Shown here one piece after another: positions 36,707-46,375 of a DNA stretch of 64,000 bases; the first letter of the stretch is position 1, and the number at the start of each line of letters is the position of its first letter. The stretch is from Candidatus Nomurabacteria bacterium (GTDB taxonomy: Bacteria > Patescibacteriota > Minisyncoccia > Phycocordibacterales > UBA5272), in assembly GCA_028286645.1 (NCBI GenBank), contig JAQBRF010000002.1, positions 58,518-122,517 of the forward strand, written 5' to 3'. The notes under the pieces were generated by a model. That model did not search any database. It was not told the DNA's origin and saw only the letters and a list, made by a program, of their open reading frames with translations. Position numbers and translations under genes: made by a program.

Positions 36707-39052
36707 TTATAACGCTTGTAGATTCGCCCCAATAGTCCTAGACACCTTTAATGGTAAATCTGAGAGCTTTCTTTTTGATAAAACCTTTTCTAAAACTTTT
36801 ACCAATTCATCCGCTACATCTTCACAAATATGCTTATCAATTTCAAAAACTAGTTCATCATGAATCTGCATGACGAGCTTTACCTTATCCCCTAATTTCT
36901 TTTCCTCCACATATTCATTTGCATCAATCATGGCGAGCTTAAGAATGTCCGCCGCCGTCCCCTGCATCGGAGCATTAATGGCGATCCTTTCTCCTTGCGC
37001 ACGAAGAAAGGGAAGAGGGCTTTTAAGCAGCGGAACTTCTCGTCTTCTGCCAAGCAAAGTTTCTGTGTAGCCCAACTTAAAAGTAGATGCTTTTACTTCT
37101 TCTAGATAATCCATAAGGCGTGAGAAAGTTTTCTTATATTGATCATAAAACTCCTGGGCTTCTTTTCTTTCCACTTTCATATTTTCTTTTAAAGCCGTAA
37201 CTCCCATGCCATAAAGTATCCCGAAGTTAATCGCCTTTGCCTTTCTTCTCATATCATCCGTTACTTCGCTTTCTTTTACACCAAAGACTCTAGCCGCAGT
37301 TCCAGCATGTACATCAGTTTTACTCTTAAATATTTCTACGAGATTTTTGTCTCCCGAAAGGATAGCGGCGGCACGCAAATCTATTTGTGAGTAATCACAT
37401 GAAAGCAAAACATTCCCCTTGCTCGCCACGAAAGACTCTCGCACCTTTTGGCCTAGTTCGCTTTTAATGGGAAGATTCTGCAGATTCGGATCTTCACAGG
37501 CAAAGCGCCCGGTGCTTGCTCCTGTTTGAATAAAATGCGCATGAATCTTTCCGTCTGCCTTAACATATTGAGGAAGCGTATCAATATAGGTAGAAAGAAG
37601 TTTAGTCATTTCTCTATATTCAAATATCATAGGCACGACAATGTGCTCATCTTTTATCTTCTCAAGCTCTTTAGCATTAGTACTTGCAGCCCCTGACTTA
37701 GTCTTCTTGATCTTTGTTCCTAAATTTAATTTCTCAAATAAAATCACGCCAAGCTGCTTCGGAGAAGAAATATTAAACTCTTCTCCCACACACTTGAATA
37801 TCTTTTTTTCTAATTCCTTTACTCGTATGTGGAGCTCTATACTTAATTTATTTAACTTTACTACGTCAAGGGCAATGCCATTTTTTTCCATTTCGCGAAG
37901 CCTGTACATAATAGGCTTTTCTACTCCGACAAAAAGATCCCACAACTTTTCTTTCTGGAGTTCAGCTTCCAAAAAGCTTTTCATTTCTTCCGCTGTTTTC
38001 TTTCCGGTAATAATCTGCATATCTTCCATGGTTGGATTCGTAGATTCACTATGAAGAAGATTCGTCATGATTTTTAATTCTTCAAGCATTTCCCCTTCTA
38101 TTTCTTCTATTGGCTCTGTTACTTCTGCAAGCGCATCCTTTACTCCTATCTTCTGCAGTCTTCCTCGGAGCGATCTAAATTCATATAAGTCGCACATCTT
38201 TTGATAATTTTCAATGCTTAGACTTTCAAGCCAAGAGTTTTCCGGTTCTTGGTATTTAATCGGCACATCTCTTATTATCGTTGCGAGGGTCTTAGAGAAT
38301 AGCGCCTCTTCTTCCCCTTCTTCAAGAAGCTTCACCACACGTTCTTTAAATCCATCATCAAGGAGCCTTTGCCGATTCTTTTTTAAAACTTTATAAATAT
38401 CTTCTATCTTCCCGTATTTCTTTATTAATTCCGTTGCGGTTTTATCCCCGATTCCAGAAATACCGATGATATTATCAGACGGATCACCAGCAAGCCCTTT
38501 ATAGTCAGGAATCATCGCAGGACCAAATCCATATCTTTCTTTTACCCCTTCTTCATTAAAGAGAGCCGTTTCGTTTCCTTTTCTTAATGTATAAACCGTC
38601 ACGCATTCTCTGTCGATTAACTGAAATGTATCCATGTCGCCAGACGCGATAATAATTCTTGTATTCTTCTGCGTCTTTAATTGCTCTGCGATTGTCCCAA
38701 GCAAATCATCAGCCTCGAATCCTTCACAAATATAAACTGGAATAGAAAGCGCTTCGCAAAGTTTATATGCTTCTTGAATCTGACTAATTAGCGCGTCATC
38801 TGTTTTTGCCCTGCCTTGCTTGTATCCCTCGTAGCTTGTATGGCGAAATGTCGGTTTAGGCAAGTCAAAACAAGCCGCGATGTAATCAGGTTTAATATCT
38901 TCATAGATTTTCAAAACCATGGTGATGAATCCATAAAGAGCACCAGTCGGCCTTCCATCTCGGGTGCTAAATCCTGCCATTGCATGAAATCCGCGATGAA
39001 GTATCGCATGGGCATCAAGTAAAACTATTGTTTTTTTAGTGCTTTTCTTCAT
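36707..39052 (-). CDS. polA: DNA polymerase I (5'-3' exonuclease plus polymerase domains)
   Basis: N-terminal LLDAHAILHRGFHA FEN domain; RRKAKAINFGILYGMG and HDE motifs of the family-A polymerase. Confidence 0.9.
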   Translation of the reverse strand: MKKSTKKTIVLLDAHAILHRGFHAMAGFSTRDGRPTGALYGFITMVLKIYEDIKPDYIAACFDLPKPTFRHTSYEGYKQGRAKTDDALISQIQEAYKLCEALSIPVYICEGFEADDLLGTIAEQLKTQKNTRIIIASGDMDTFQLIDRECVTVYTLRKGNETALFNEEGVKERYGFGPAMIPDYKGLAGDPSDNIIGISGIGDKTATELIKKYGKIEDIYKVLKKNRQRLLDDGFKERVVKLLEEGEEEALFSKTLATIIRDVPIKYQEPENSWLESLSIENYQKMCDLYEFRSLRGRLQKIGVKDALAEVTEPIEEIEGEMLEELKIMTNLLHSESTNPTMEDMQIITGKKTAEEMKSFLEAELQKEKLWDLFVGVEKPIMYRLREMEKNGIALDVVKLNKLSIELHIRVKELEKKIFKCVGEEFNISSPKQLGVILFEKLNLGTKIKKTKSGAASTNAKELEKIKDEHIVVPMIFEYREMTKLLSTYIDTLPQYVKADGKIHAHFIQTGASTGRFACEDPNLQNLPIKSELGQKVRESFVASKGNVLLSCDYSQIDLRAAAILSGDKNLVEIFKSKTDVHAGTAARVFGVKESEVTDDMRRKAKAINFGILYGMGVTALKENMKVERKEAQEFYDQYKKTFSRLMDYLEEVKASTFKLGYTETLLGRRREVPLLKSPLPFLRAQGERIAINAPMQGTAADILKLAMIDANEYVEEKKLGDKVKLVMQIHDELVFEIDKHICEDVADELVKVLEKVLSKRKLSDLPLKVSRTIGANLQAL

Positions 39053-39501
39053 ATATCTTTTTCAAATGTTAAAACTACTTCACGAGTATCATCATCAATT
39101 AAATTAAAAACAAGCTCAATATCTCCTTTTACATACTGCATTTTATCCGGCCACTCAATGCTAAGAAGATTCCCATCAGTTTCCAAATCTTCTGACAGTC
39201 TCAATACTTTCGCTTCACTTGGATGATTAAATCTATATGCATCGACATGGATTAATTTTTTATGAATTGGATTTTGAGTAAGATATTCTTTCTTTAAAAT
39301 AAAAGTAGGACTATGGATATCGTCTTTTTCCACTCCTAATATTTCTCCCAACTCTTTCGTAAAGGTAGTTTTCCCTGCCCCCATCTCCCCTTGTAAAAGG
39401 ATCACCTTCGCTCCTTTTTTATCTACATGAGATAAGAGGGTTACGACTCTTTCTGCAAGAGCCGGCATATCTTCCACCCGCACAACGTGAGTCTCTGTCA
39501 T
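39049..39501 (-). CDS. tsaE: tRNA t6A biosynthesis protein TsaE
   Basis: GEMGAGKTTFTKELG ... SPTFIL; start trimmed to MTETHVV. Confidence 0.8.
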   Translation of the reverse strand: MTETHVVRVEDMPALAERVVTLLSHVDKKGAKVILLQGEMGAGKTTFTKELGEILGVEKDDIHSPTFILKKEYLTQNPIHKKLIHVDAYRFNHPSEAKVLRLSEDLETDGNLLSIEWPDKMQYVKGDIELVFNLIDDDTREVVLTFEKDI

Positions 39502-39637
39502 AAAGAACAGTCTACAGTTTTCAGTCGGCAGTTTCCAGTAGCAAAACAGCCCCATCGGGGCTGTTTTGCTTTTGCTAATGACTATTGACCATTAACTATT
39601 TGACTATATTCTGGCTCACATAAGGCGCTAAGCTTTT

Positions 39638-41755
39638 TTACACGAGTGACTTTTTGTCATCTTTGTAAGAAGCATATACGCTCTTAGCAAGAATGAAGAT
39701 AATGAATACTATCGCTATTAAAGCTAACCATTCAATGAGAGTGTCTGGAAGGAAACTTAATCCGCTTCCTCCTCCGATAACTTTCTTCGCTCCTGTATCT
39801 GTCGTAGCTGAAGTTGCTGGAGTCGCAATTGATCCTACGACATATGCTGTTACTTCGTCTTGAGTGTTTGACCCAGGGACTGTGTAGTTAACATATGATG
39901 TTGTAACAATTGATTTTCCTATCGGAGCATTTTTTGTAACCTTTCCTGTCCAAGTAAGTGTTCCTGTACTTCCGGCTTCTATTGAATCTAGATTAAGCGT
40001 TAATGTATGTGTCGCTATATCGTATGATCCGGCTGAAGTTGAAGTGAATTCAATTTCTTGCGGAATTGTTACTTTAATGATAACTCCGTTTACTTTTACG
40101 TCTGAAAGATTCTTATAAGTTAGTTTATATGTAACCGTTGATTCAGAACTTAGATTTCCAGATACTTTTTCTAATTGTAGAGAAACAAGTTTCTCTCCAT
40201 TTTGAAGCATTGTTGCAGAACTTTGGCTTGTTGTAGTTACGATTGAACCATCCACACAAACCACTTCGTTCTTTTTCACAACTGGCTTTTTCGCGATAGT
40301 CTTTGTTACTGTTACTGGTTTTACATATGTTACGGCCTTGCTCTTAGTTACGAAGCTTACGATTTCACCCTTAACTAGTCCATACTGATTTTGCATAACT
40401 GCTCTACAGTAGTATTTAGTTGCTGGCTTAAGGTTTGCTAGAACGTTTGAGAAGTTTACAGTTGAAGCTGATCCGATCTGAGCTGACGCTGTTGTGCGTC
40501 CTAGATTGGCAGTTTCACCGTATTCAAACCATCCAGTTGACTGTGCGCCATTAGCGATTAATCCTATTCCATTACATCTTGCTGAGTTGATAGTAACTTC
40601 TGTTACAACGCTTGTTACGACGTTATTGAACTTAACTACTGGAGGAGGAATTACTACTGGAGCTTGTGGACACTGTTGGTATACAGGAATACTTGTTCCG
40701 TTTGGACAGAACTTGAACTGTTGAGCACAAGTCTGTGTTGCAGGAATCCGCGATCCATCCCAACATGTCTGGTAAGTAATAACTGGAGGGTTAATGATTT
40801 GCTGACAAACTCCATTTACAAAGTTTGTATTTGAGGGACACTGAGTAACTGTAGTTACTGGAAGTGTGGTTGTACGTACACAAGATCCATTTATAGGAGC
40901 CTGTCCATCAGCACAAATTGTATTTGTAACTACTGGAATTGTATTTGTACGAGTACATGATCCATTGACTGGAAAACTTCCATCTGAACAACGAGTAGTC
41001 GTTACAGTGGGAATAGTAGTAATGATCGGAGTAGTTGGAGTAGTAATTACAGTAGGAGTGGTTATAATAGACGGAGTTGTATAACCTGTCCATGAAGTTG
41101 TCGGATAAACAACTGATGGAGTTGAAGTATAAACTGATCCATATGAAGTTCCGTATCCTGTAGAACCGTATGCTGTGGTTCCATATCCTATAGCTCCGTA
41201 AGTTGTGGGGTATGAAGAATAACTAGGAGTATAAACACCGCTCGGCATATAAACCCCGTTAGGATAACTAGTTGTTGTATTCCATGTTCCTATATCATAG
41301 GATCCAGTAGGAGATACAGTAGTGGAATTCCATGTTCCAGAGTCATACGAAGGCACGTTGGTATTCCAACTTCCAGTGTCATACGAAGGCACGTTAGTGT
41401 TCCAAGAACCTGTATCATAACTAGGCACGTTGGTATTCCAACTTCCTGTATCGTATGATGGTACGTTGGTATTCCAACTTCCAGTGTCATACGAAGGCAC
41501 GTTGGTATTCCAACTTCCTGTATCGTATGATGGTACGTTGGTATTCCAACTTCCTGTATCGTATGATGGTACGTTGGTATTCCAACTTCCTGTATCGTAT
41601 GATGGTACGTTGGTATTCCAACTTCCAGTGTCATACGAAGGCACGTTAGTGTTCCAAGAACCTGTATCATCCATACCGTCCGCAAATGCGAAAAGTGTAG
41701 ATTGCTGAATAGCGATAACTAGAAACAGTGTGATAATTTTTTTTGTTGTTTTCAT
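39638..41755 (-). CDS. Large cell-surface protein with ~10 tandem 12-aa repeats (DTGSWNTNVPSY), Thr/Pro-rich region and C-terminal TM anchor
   Basis: Signal peptide MKTTKKIITLFLVIAI; repeats visible at protein and DNA level; C-terminal hydrophobic helix plus KDDKKSLV. Confidence 0.7.
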   Translation of the reverse strand: MKTTKKIITLFLVIAIQQSTLFAFADGMDDTGSWNTNVPSYDTGSWNTNVPSYDTGSWNTNVPSYDTGSWNTNVPSYDTGSWNTNVPSYDTGSWNTNVPSYDTGSWNTNVPSYDTGSWNTNVPSYDTGSWNTNVPSYDSGTWNSTTVSPTGSYDIGTWNTTTSYPNGVYMPSGVYTPSYSSYPTTYGAIGYGTTAYGSTGYGTSYGSVYTSTPSVVYPTTSWTGYTTPSIITTPTVITTPTTPIITTIPTVTTTRCSDGSFPVNGSCTRTNTIPVVTNTICADGQAPINGSCVRTTTLPVTTVTQCPSNTNFVNGVCQQIINPPVITYQTCWDGSRIPATQTCAQQFKFCPNGTSIPVYQQCPQAPVVIPPPVVKFNNVVTSVVTEVTINSARCNGIGLIANGAQSTGWFEYGETANLGRTTASAQIGSASTVNFSNVLANLKPATKYYCRAVMQNQYGLVKGEIVSFVTKSKAVTYVKPVTVTKTIAKKPVVKKNEVVCVDGSIVTTTSQSSATMLQNGEKLVSLQLEKVSGNLSSESTVTYKLTYKNLSDVKVNGVIIKVTIPQEIEFTSTSAGSYDIATHTLTLNLDSIEAGSTGTLTWTGKVTKNAPIGKSIVTTSYVNYTVPGSNTQDEVTAYVVGSIATPATSATTDTGAKKVIGGGSGLSFLPDTLIEWLALIAIVFIIFILAKSVYASYKDDKKSLV
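41290..41655. repeat. 36-bp in-frame tandem repeat array (~10 units) inside the surface protein gene
   Basis: ggtacgttggtattccaacttcctgtatcgtatgat repeated with few substitutions. Confidence 0.85.
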
Positions 41756-41891
41756 ACCTTTATATAATTTATTAGGTGTAAGTATTATATCACGAAAGAA
41801 ATAAAAAGTCAAGGGGCAAAAGAAAACCGCCCTGGGGGGCGGTCTGGGGGTCGAACCTCGGGAGAGGCTCAGAGGGGTGTGGGCGCTTCGG

Positions 41892-42692
41892 TTACTTTAC
41901 CGCGCCGATGTGCTTGTAGGTGCTCTTGTCGTCGATGCCTTGCTTGGCGGCGACGCGGAACGACCACTGTTGCTCCGTCTCACCGTTGTTCGGCGCGACG
42001 ATCTCCACATCCGAGCAGTTCGCGGGTTTGCCGCTGATCTGCTTGGTTGCGTAGCAGTGCATCGGGCTTTGCGCCGACGAGTTCGGGTGGTACCAGCCCC
42101 AGAAGGTGCTGGCGTTCGCCGGAAACGACGGAAGCGGAGCCGAGCTCGAAGCAGTCCTTGCGGGCTGCACTGCCGGCGGAGATGCCGGACGATTACCGTG
42201 GGTCACGGTGGGGCGTTTGCACCCGAGAACCGCGGCACAGATGGCGTCAGACGTCATCTGTTGCTGCGGAGTGGAAGCCTTGAGCGCGAGCGCGTTCACG
42301 CTTCCTTGAAGGCCTTCAAGTGAGGCCTTGGTCGCGTCGGCGGTTTTCACCGCGGCTTCCGCTTGTTTTTTCGCGGTCGTCGCGTTGCTGTCCACGGCCT
42401 TGAACTCGTCGCTCGCGAGGGCCAGTGTTTTGGCTTTCTCGGTGACGCCTGCGACGGCGTTGTCGAAATTGCTATTGCTGGGCGTCGTGAACGCCAGGAG
42501 GATCGCGAGGATCATTGCGCCTACGCCGGCCGCGATCGCCAGATTCGCGCGAGTGTGGTCCGGGGAGGGAGCCAGATCTGAGGCGGCGTAGATCTTGCCG
42601 TCGTGGCCTTGAACGAAGACGCGCGTGTCTCCGGCCGCAACCATCTTAGTCACTTCTGCGTCGGTAAAGCCTTTCGGTTGGCGATTAGCCAT
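41892..42692 (-). CDS. GC-rich Ala-rich membrane-anchored protein with conserved Cys-containing C-terminal domain
   Basis: GC3-rich codons; SD GAGGTG; N-terminal cytoplasmic segment then TM helix (LAIAAGVGAMILAILLAF); C-terminal W.W...PM.C...K.I...C..V.AP..GET..QW shared with 42881..43963. Confidence 0.55.
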   Translation of the reverse strand: MANRQPKGFTDAEVTKMVAAGDTRVFVQGHDGKIYAASDLAPSPDHTRANLAIAAGVGAMILAILLAFTTPSNSNFDNAVAGVTEKAKTLALASDEFKAVDSNATTAKKQAEAAVKTADATKASLEGLQGSVNALALKASTPQQQMTSDAICAAVLGCKRPTVTHGNRPASPPAVQPARTASSSAPLPSFPANASTFWGWYHPNSSAQSPMHCYATKQISGKPANCSDVEIVAPNNGETEQQWSFRVAAKQGIDDKSTYKHIGAVK

Positions 42693-42761
42693 GGTTCACC
42701 TCTTAGGTTATGTGGTGGAACTCTGATAAGCGTTTGGAAATCCATTCGCTCGTTAATATGT

Positions 42762-42789
42762 AGTATACACTATTAAAAAGAATTGTCAA
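42762..42789 (-). promoter_or_regulatory. Consensus sigma70-type promoter TTGACA-N17-TGtATACT for 41892..42692
   Basis: Gene sense: cTTGACAattctttttaatagtgTATACT. Confidence 0.6.
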
Positions 42790-42880
42790 GTGATATATGA
42801 AATAAAAATAGTATAAAAAAGCCCTCCACTGTGGAGGGCTTCGACCAGGATTGGTCTGATGTGCGGAGGATCCGCTGGCG

Positions 42881-43963
42881 TTAGAGCTTTTCGGCTCTGA
42901 GCGCCCACTGATCACGCGTTTCGCCGGCGACCGGCGCGAGAACTTTCATCTCCGAGCAGAACGGCGGGTTGGGCGCATTGATCAGCTTTTCGACGACACA
43001 TGCCATCGGGTTCTGGGAGGTTGCCTTTCCCGGCTTCCATTTCCAGAGATCGACACCGTTTTCCGCCGGACGCGCCGCCGGAACGACAGTTCGCGTTACG
43101 CTCGCCGAGGAGGTTTGCGTTGCGGTCGATCCGCTTTGTGTCGTGACCACAGATGACGAGGTGGCAACTGCGCCTTCGACGAGCTCGGGTTTTACCGTAA
43201 GCCTGTCGCAGGTCGGCTTGTCTTTCACATATGCGACGACCCCTTGGGTGGGGAAGCTGCACGGGCTGAGACTTGCCGGCACGGTTTGGCGTTGCACCGT
43301 CGTGCGTTGCTGCGAAAACTCGCTGCCACCCAGCTGAACGGGCATATTGCCACCGTTTTCGCTGATGTTCGCGGGAAACGTCGCTGCGGGACGCATCGGG
43401 ATCGAGGTCTGAATGATCCGACCTTCGTCGCCATCGTTGACGATATACGGATCGCACCCGTAGGTGAGACCGTATGCAACTCCTACAGCGCCGCCGATTT
43501 TCGCACCGTCGACGAACTTGTGACGGGTGAATTTGGCGACCACTCCTCCGAAGAGGGCGGCTGCGGCACCGTCGACGAGCCCCGTCATTCCGCGATCCGA
43601 AAGCGAGCAGCGAACGCGTCGTCCGCCCATGTTCGCGGTAAACGGCTGACCGTACTGCACACCTTGCGGCATGAAGTAAGTCTGATTGCCGTACGCGAAC
43701 ACCGGCTGGTTCCCGATCATCGGAACAGCGTAGGATTGACCTGCGGAGCACGCGAGGTGTCCTTGCGGGCAATTCCACTGGCCGTTGACGAGAATGTTGG
43801 GTGCCGAACCTTGCTGTTGTCCCGTCATGGTCGGAACGACCATTTGGGCTTGCGTCCCGAAGGACGCGGCGGCGAGGGCAACTGCGAAAAGCGTGTTGAG
43901 CTTGTTCATGCGGTTCTCCTGAATTGACTTGGTACGGGGTCTTGTAGACGGACCAAAGGTCAA
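42881..43963 (-). CDS. GC-rich secreted protein, paralogous C-terminal domain to 41892..42692
   Basis: Signal peptide MNKLNTLFAVALAAASFGTQAQ; SD AGGAG; same C-terminal domain. Confidence 0.55.
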   Translation of the reverse strand: MTFGPSTRPRTKSIQENRMNKLNTLFAVALAAASFGTQAQMVVPTMTGQQQGSAPNILVNGQWNCPQGHLACSAGQSYAVPMIGNQPVFAYGNQTYFMPQGVQYGQPFTANMGGRRVRCSLSDRGMTGLVDGAAAALFGGVVAKFTRHKFVDGAKIGGAVGVAYGLTYGCDPYIVNDGDEGRIIQTSIPMRPAATFPANISENGGNMPVQLGGSEFSQQRTTVQRQTVPASLSPCSFPTQGVVAYVKDKPTCDRLTVKPELVEGAVATSSSVVTTQSGSTATQTSSASVTRTVVPAARPAENGVDLWKWKPGKATSQNPMACVVEKLINAPNPPFCSEMKVLAPVAGETRDQWALRAEKL

Positions 43964-43982
43964 TCTATCAAGGTATGAGTAC

Positions 43983-44010
43983 AGTATACACTATTCACAG
44001 GATTTGTCAA
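43983..44010 (-). promoter_or_regulatory. Consensus sigma70-type promoter TTGACA-N17-TATACT for 42881..43963
   Basis: Gene sense: cTTGACAaatcctgtgaatagtgTATACT. Confidence 0.6.
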
Positions 44011-44319
44011 GGGCACTTGATTAAAAGTATTCAGATAGGATGGCCTACCAGAAAGGGCCAGAATAGGTTGATAAATAAGGATTATTTGTGTCCTTTATGT
44101 GTAAACCAGTCCCCTAAAAGCTAATTTCTCGAGTCTAAACAATAATAAGGAGGATTGGGAGTATTTCTTTACTTTCGTTCTGCCTTCTTTCTTTAAATTA
44201 TTTAAATTCTGTTTAGTTTTTAATATTTCGGGTTTAGTTTTGATCTATTTATAAATTTAACTTAAAAACAAATCCTTCTCCCCTACACGCTATACGCTAC
44301 ACGCTATATACTGTTTTTT

Positions 44320-46020
44320 ATGGCTATTACATTTGATGACGCGGTACAAAATCATGAGTTGGAAGACTTACGCAAAAACGAAGAGGAGGAATTAGTAAAA
44401 ATTCTTTCAGATAAATACGGACTTCCGTATATTGACCTGCGCGGGCTGGCTCCGGAACCAGACGCTATGCAAGTAATAAAAGAAGAAGACGCCAGAGAAG
44501 TGGGGCTCGCGCCTTTTAAAATAGTTGGCAGGAAACTTTATATAGCCACAATCTCCCCGGGAAATCCAAGAATGGAGGAGCTTCTTCGTCCACTAGAAAC
44601 CAGAGGAACTGAATTAATTTTATTTCTTTGTTCTCACGCATCACTTAACCATGTGCTTTCTAGATATGTGGATTTAAATAAAGGATCAAAAGTAGAAAGC
44701 GGAATGCTTGAGCTTACGAAAGAAAAAATCCACGGGCTCATGGAAAAGTTTAATGACGTTGATGAATTAAAAAAAACCTTTGACGAAATATCACATTCCC
44801 AGGTTCTATATAAAACCACAAGAATTATAGAAGTCATAATCGCCGGAGCGCTTAAATTCGACGCGAGCGATATACATATAGAACCAGAAGAAGACAAGGT
44901 AAGATTGAGATATAGATTAAATGGAAATTTGATCGACATAACTTTCTTTGATTACGAGCTGTTAAAAAACATCACGAGCAGATTAAAGCTTTTGTCCGGT
45001 CTTAAGCTCTCAACATCTGCTAACGCACAAGATGGAAGATTTAGCATCGACTTAGATGAGGTAGAGGTGGAAGTGCGCGTGTCTGTAATACCTTCAAACT
45101 ATGGAGAAGGATTTGTGATGAGATTGCTTGACCCAAGGCACTCTGTGACAGATTTAAACAACATCGCATTTTCTCCAAAACTCCGCGCTCTTGTAGAATA
45201 TTCGCTTAGCAAGCCAAACGGAGTTATTCTTACAACCGGCCCGACAGGGTCCGGTAAGACTACCACTTTATATGCGTTTTTACACAAGATGTATAACCCT
45301 GAATTAAAAGTAATTACAATTGAGGACCCGGTAGAATACCATCTGGAAGGAATTACTCAAACTCAAGTAGAGGAAGAAAAAGGATATACATTCGTTGCTG
45401 GATTACGAGCCGCACTTCGTCAAGATCCTGACATAATAATGGTGGGAGAAATCCGAGACACAGACACAGCAAAAGTCGCGATCAATGCTGCGCTCACGGG
45501 GCATTTAGTTTTCTCAACACTTCACACCAATACCGCCGCTGGAACTATACCGCGATTAATCGACTTAGGAGTAAACCCAAAAGTTATCGCTTCTGCCCTA
45601 TCGCTCGCCCTTGCTCAAAGACTCGTAAGAAGCCTTTGCAATGAATGCAAGCAAGAATATGAAAGCAGTGAAAAAGAGTCCCGTGTAATTACGAATGTTT
45701 TAGGAGAAATGAAAATAGCAGGAAAAGAGGAGTCCATGATGGGACACACCCCTCTTGTTACTTATAAATTATTTAAACCTGTGGGCTGCAGCAAATGTGG
45801 AGGAACTGGATATTCTACTCGAATAGGAATATTTGAAGCGATTAGCATGAATGCGGATATTGAAAAGATTTTAATCACGAATCCTAGTGAAAGAGAAATA
45901 CGGGAAGTTTCTAAAAACCAAGGAATCCCAACGCTTAAGGAGGATGGTATAATTAAGATGCTCGAGGGACTTACTTCGTTTGAGGAATTGGGCAAGACAA
46001 TTGATCTTTTCGGAGAATAA
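44320..46020 (+). CDS. pilB: Type IV pilus assembly ATPase PilB / GspE-family secretion ATPase
   Basis: Walker A GPTGSGKTT; Asp and His boxes; tetracysteine CNEC...CSKCGG; terminator aaaccc-tttc-gggttt at 46068..46086. Confidence 0.9.
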   Translation: MAITFDDAVQNHELEDLRKNEEEELVKILSDKYGLPYIDLRGLAPEPDAMQVIKEEDAREVGLAPFKIVGRKLYIATISPGNPRMEELLRPLETRGTELILFLCSHASLNHVLSRYVDLNKGSKVESGMLELTKEKIHGLMEKFNDVDELKKTFDEISHSQVLYKTTRIIEVIIAGALKFDASDIHIEPEEDKVRLRYRLNGNLIDITFFDYELLKNITSRLKLLSGLKLSTSANAQDGRFSIDLDEVEVEVRVSVIPSNYGEGFVMRLLDPRHSVTDLNNIAFSPKLRALVEYSLSKPNGVILTTGPTGSGKTTTLYAFLHKMYNPELKVITIEDPVEYHLEGITQTQVEEEKGYTFVAGLRAALRQDPDIIMVGEIRDTDTAKVAINAALTGHLVFSTLHTNTAAGTIPRLIDLGVNPKVIASALSLALAQRLVRSLCNECKQEYESSEKESRVITNVLGEMKIAGKEESMMGHTPLVTYKLFKPVGCSKCGGTGYSTRIGIFEAISMNADIEKILITNPSEREIREVSKNQGIPTLKEDGIIKMLEGLTSFEELGKTIDLFGE

Positions 46021-46375
46021 TCAGAACTAGATAATAGATGTTAGACATTAGATTTTAGACAAAACAAAAACCCTTTCGGGTTTTGGTTTAAAATCTACCG
46101 TATATATAAATCTAGCAGATAATTGAAAGCCCATAGACCTCTAAGCAACCCCTTGGTGAAGAACGATCCTTCATGAGGATAGGCACAGTACGTGACAAGC
46201 ACGACCAGACCGTCCTTAGAAATAGAAAGTGGGAAGAAACTTCCCGATTGTCTTAGAGATATATAGGTTTTCAATGAAGTGAAAAATAAAACACTAACTT
46301 ATTAGTGTCACCTTTCACCTCACACAATTATATCACATAAAATACTTTTGTCAAATCCCAAATCTCTATCAATTT

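Noticed and set aside
41290-41655. CRISPR array
   Set aside because: The 36-bp repeats are contiguous with no spacers and lie in-frame inside a surface-protein gene. This is a coding tandem repeat, not CRISPR.
42912-43927. Long overlapping ORFs 42912..43778 (-), 43244..43927 (+), 41877..42323 (+), 42047..42591 (+) in the GC-rich segment
   Set aside because: GC-rich DNA generates long stop-free frames. These give Arg-rich nonsense translations and overlap the better-supported genes (signal peptide, SD, promoter, paralogous C-terminal domain).
46100-46370. Possible small ncRNA in the pilB-ruvB spacer (GC-richer stretch with gggaagaaacttccc hairpin)
   Set aside because: No match to conserved cores of SRP RNA, RNase P RNA, tmRNA or 6S that I can recognise; not called.
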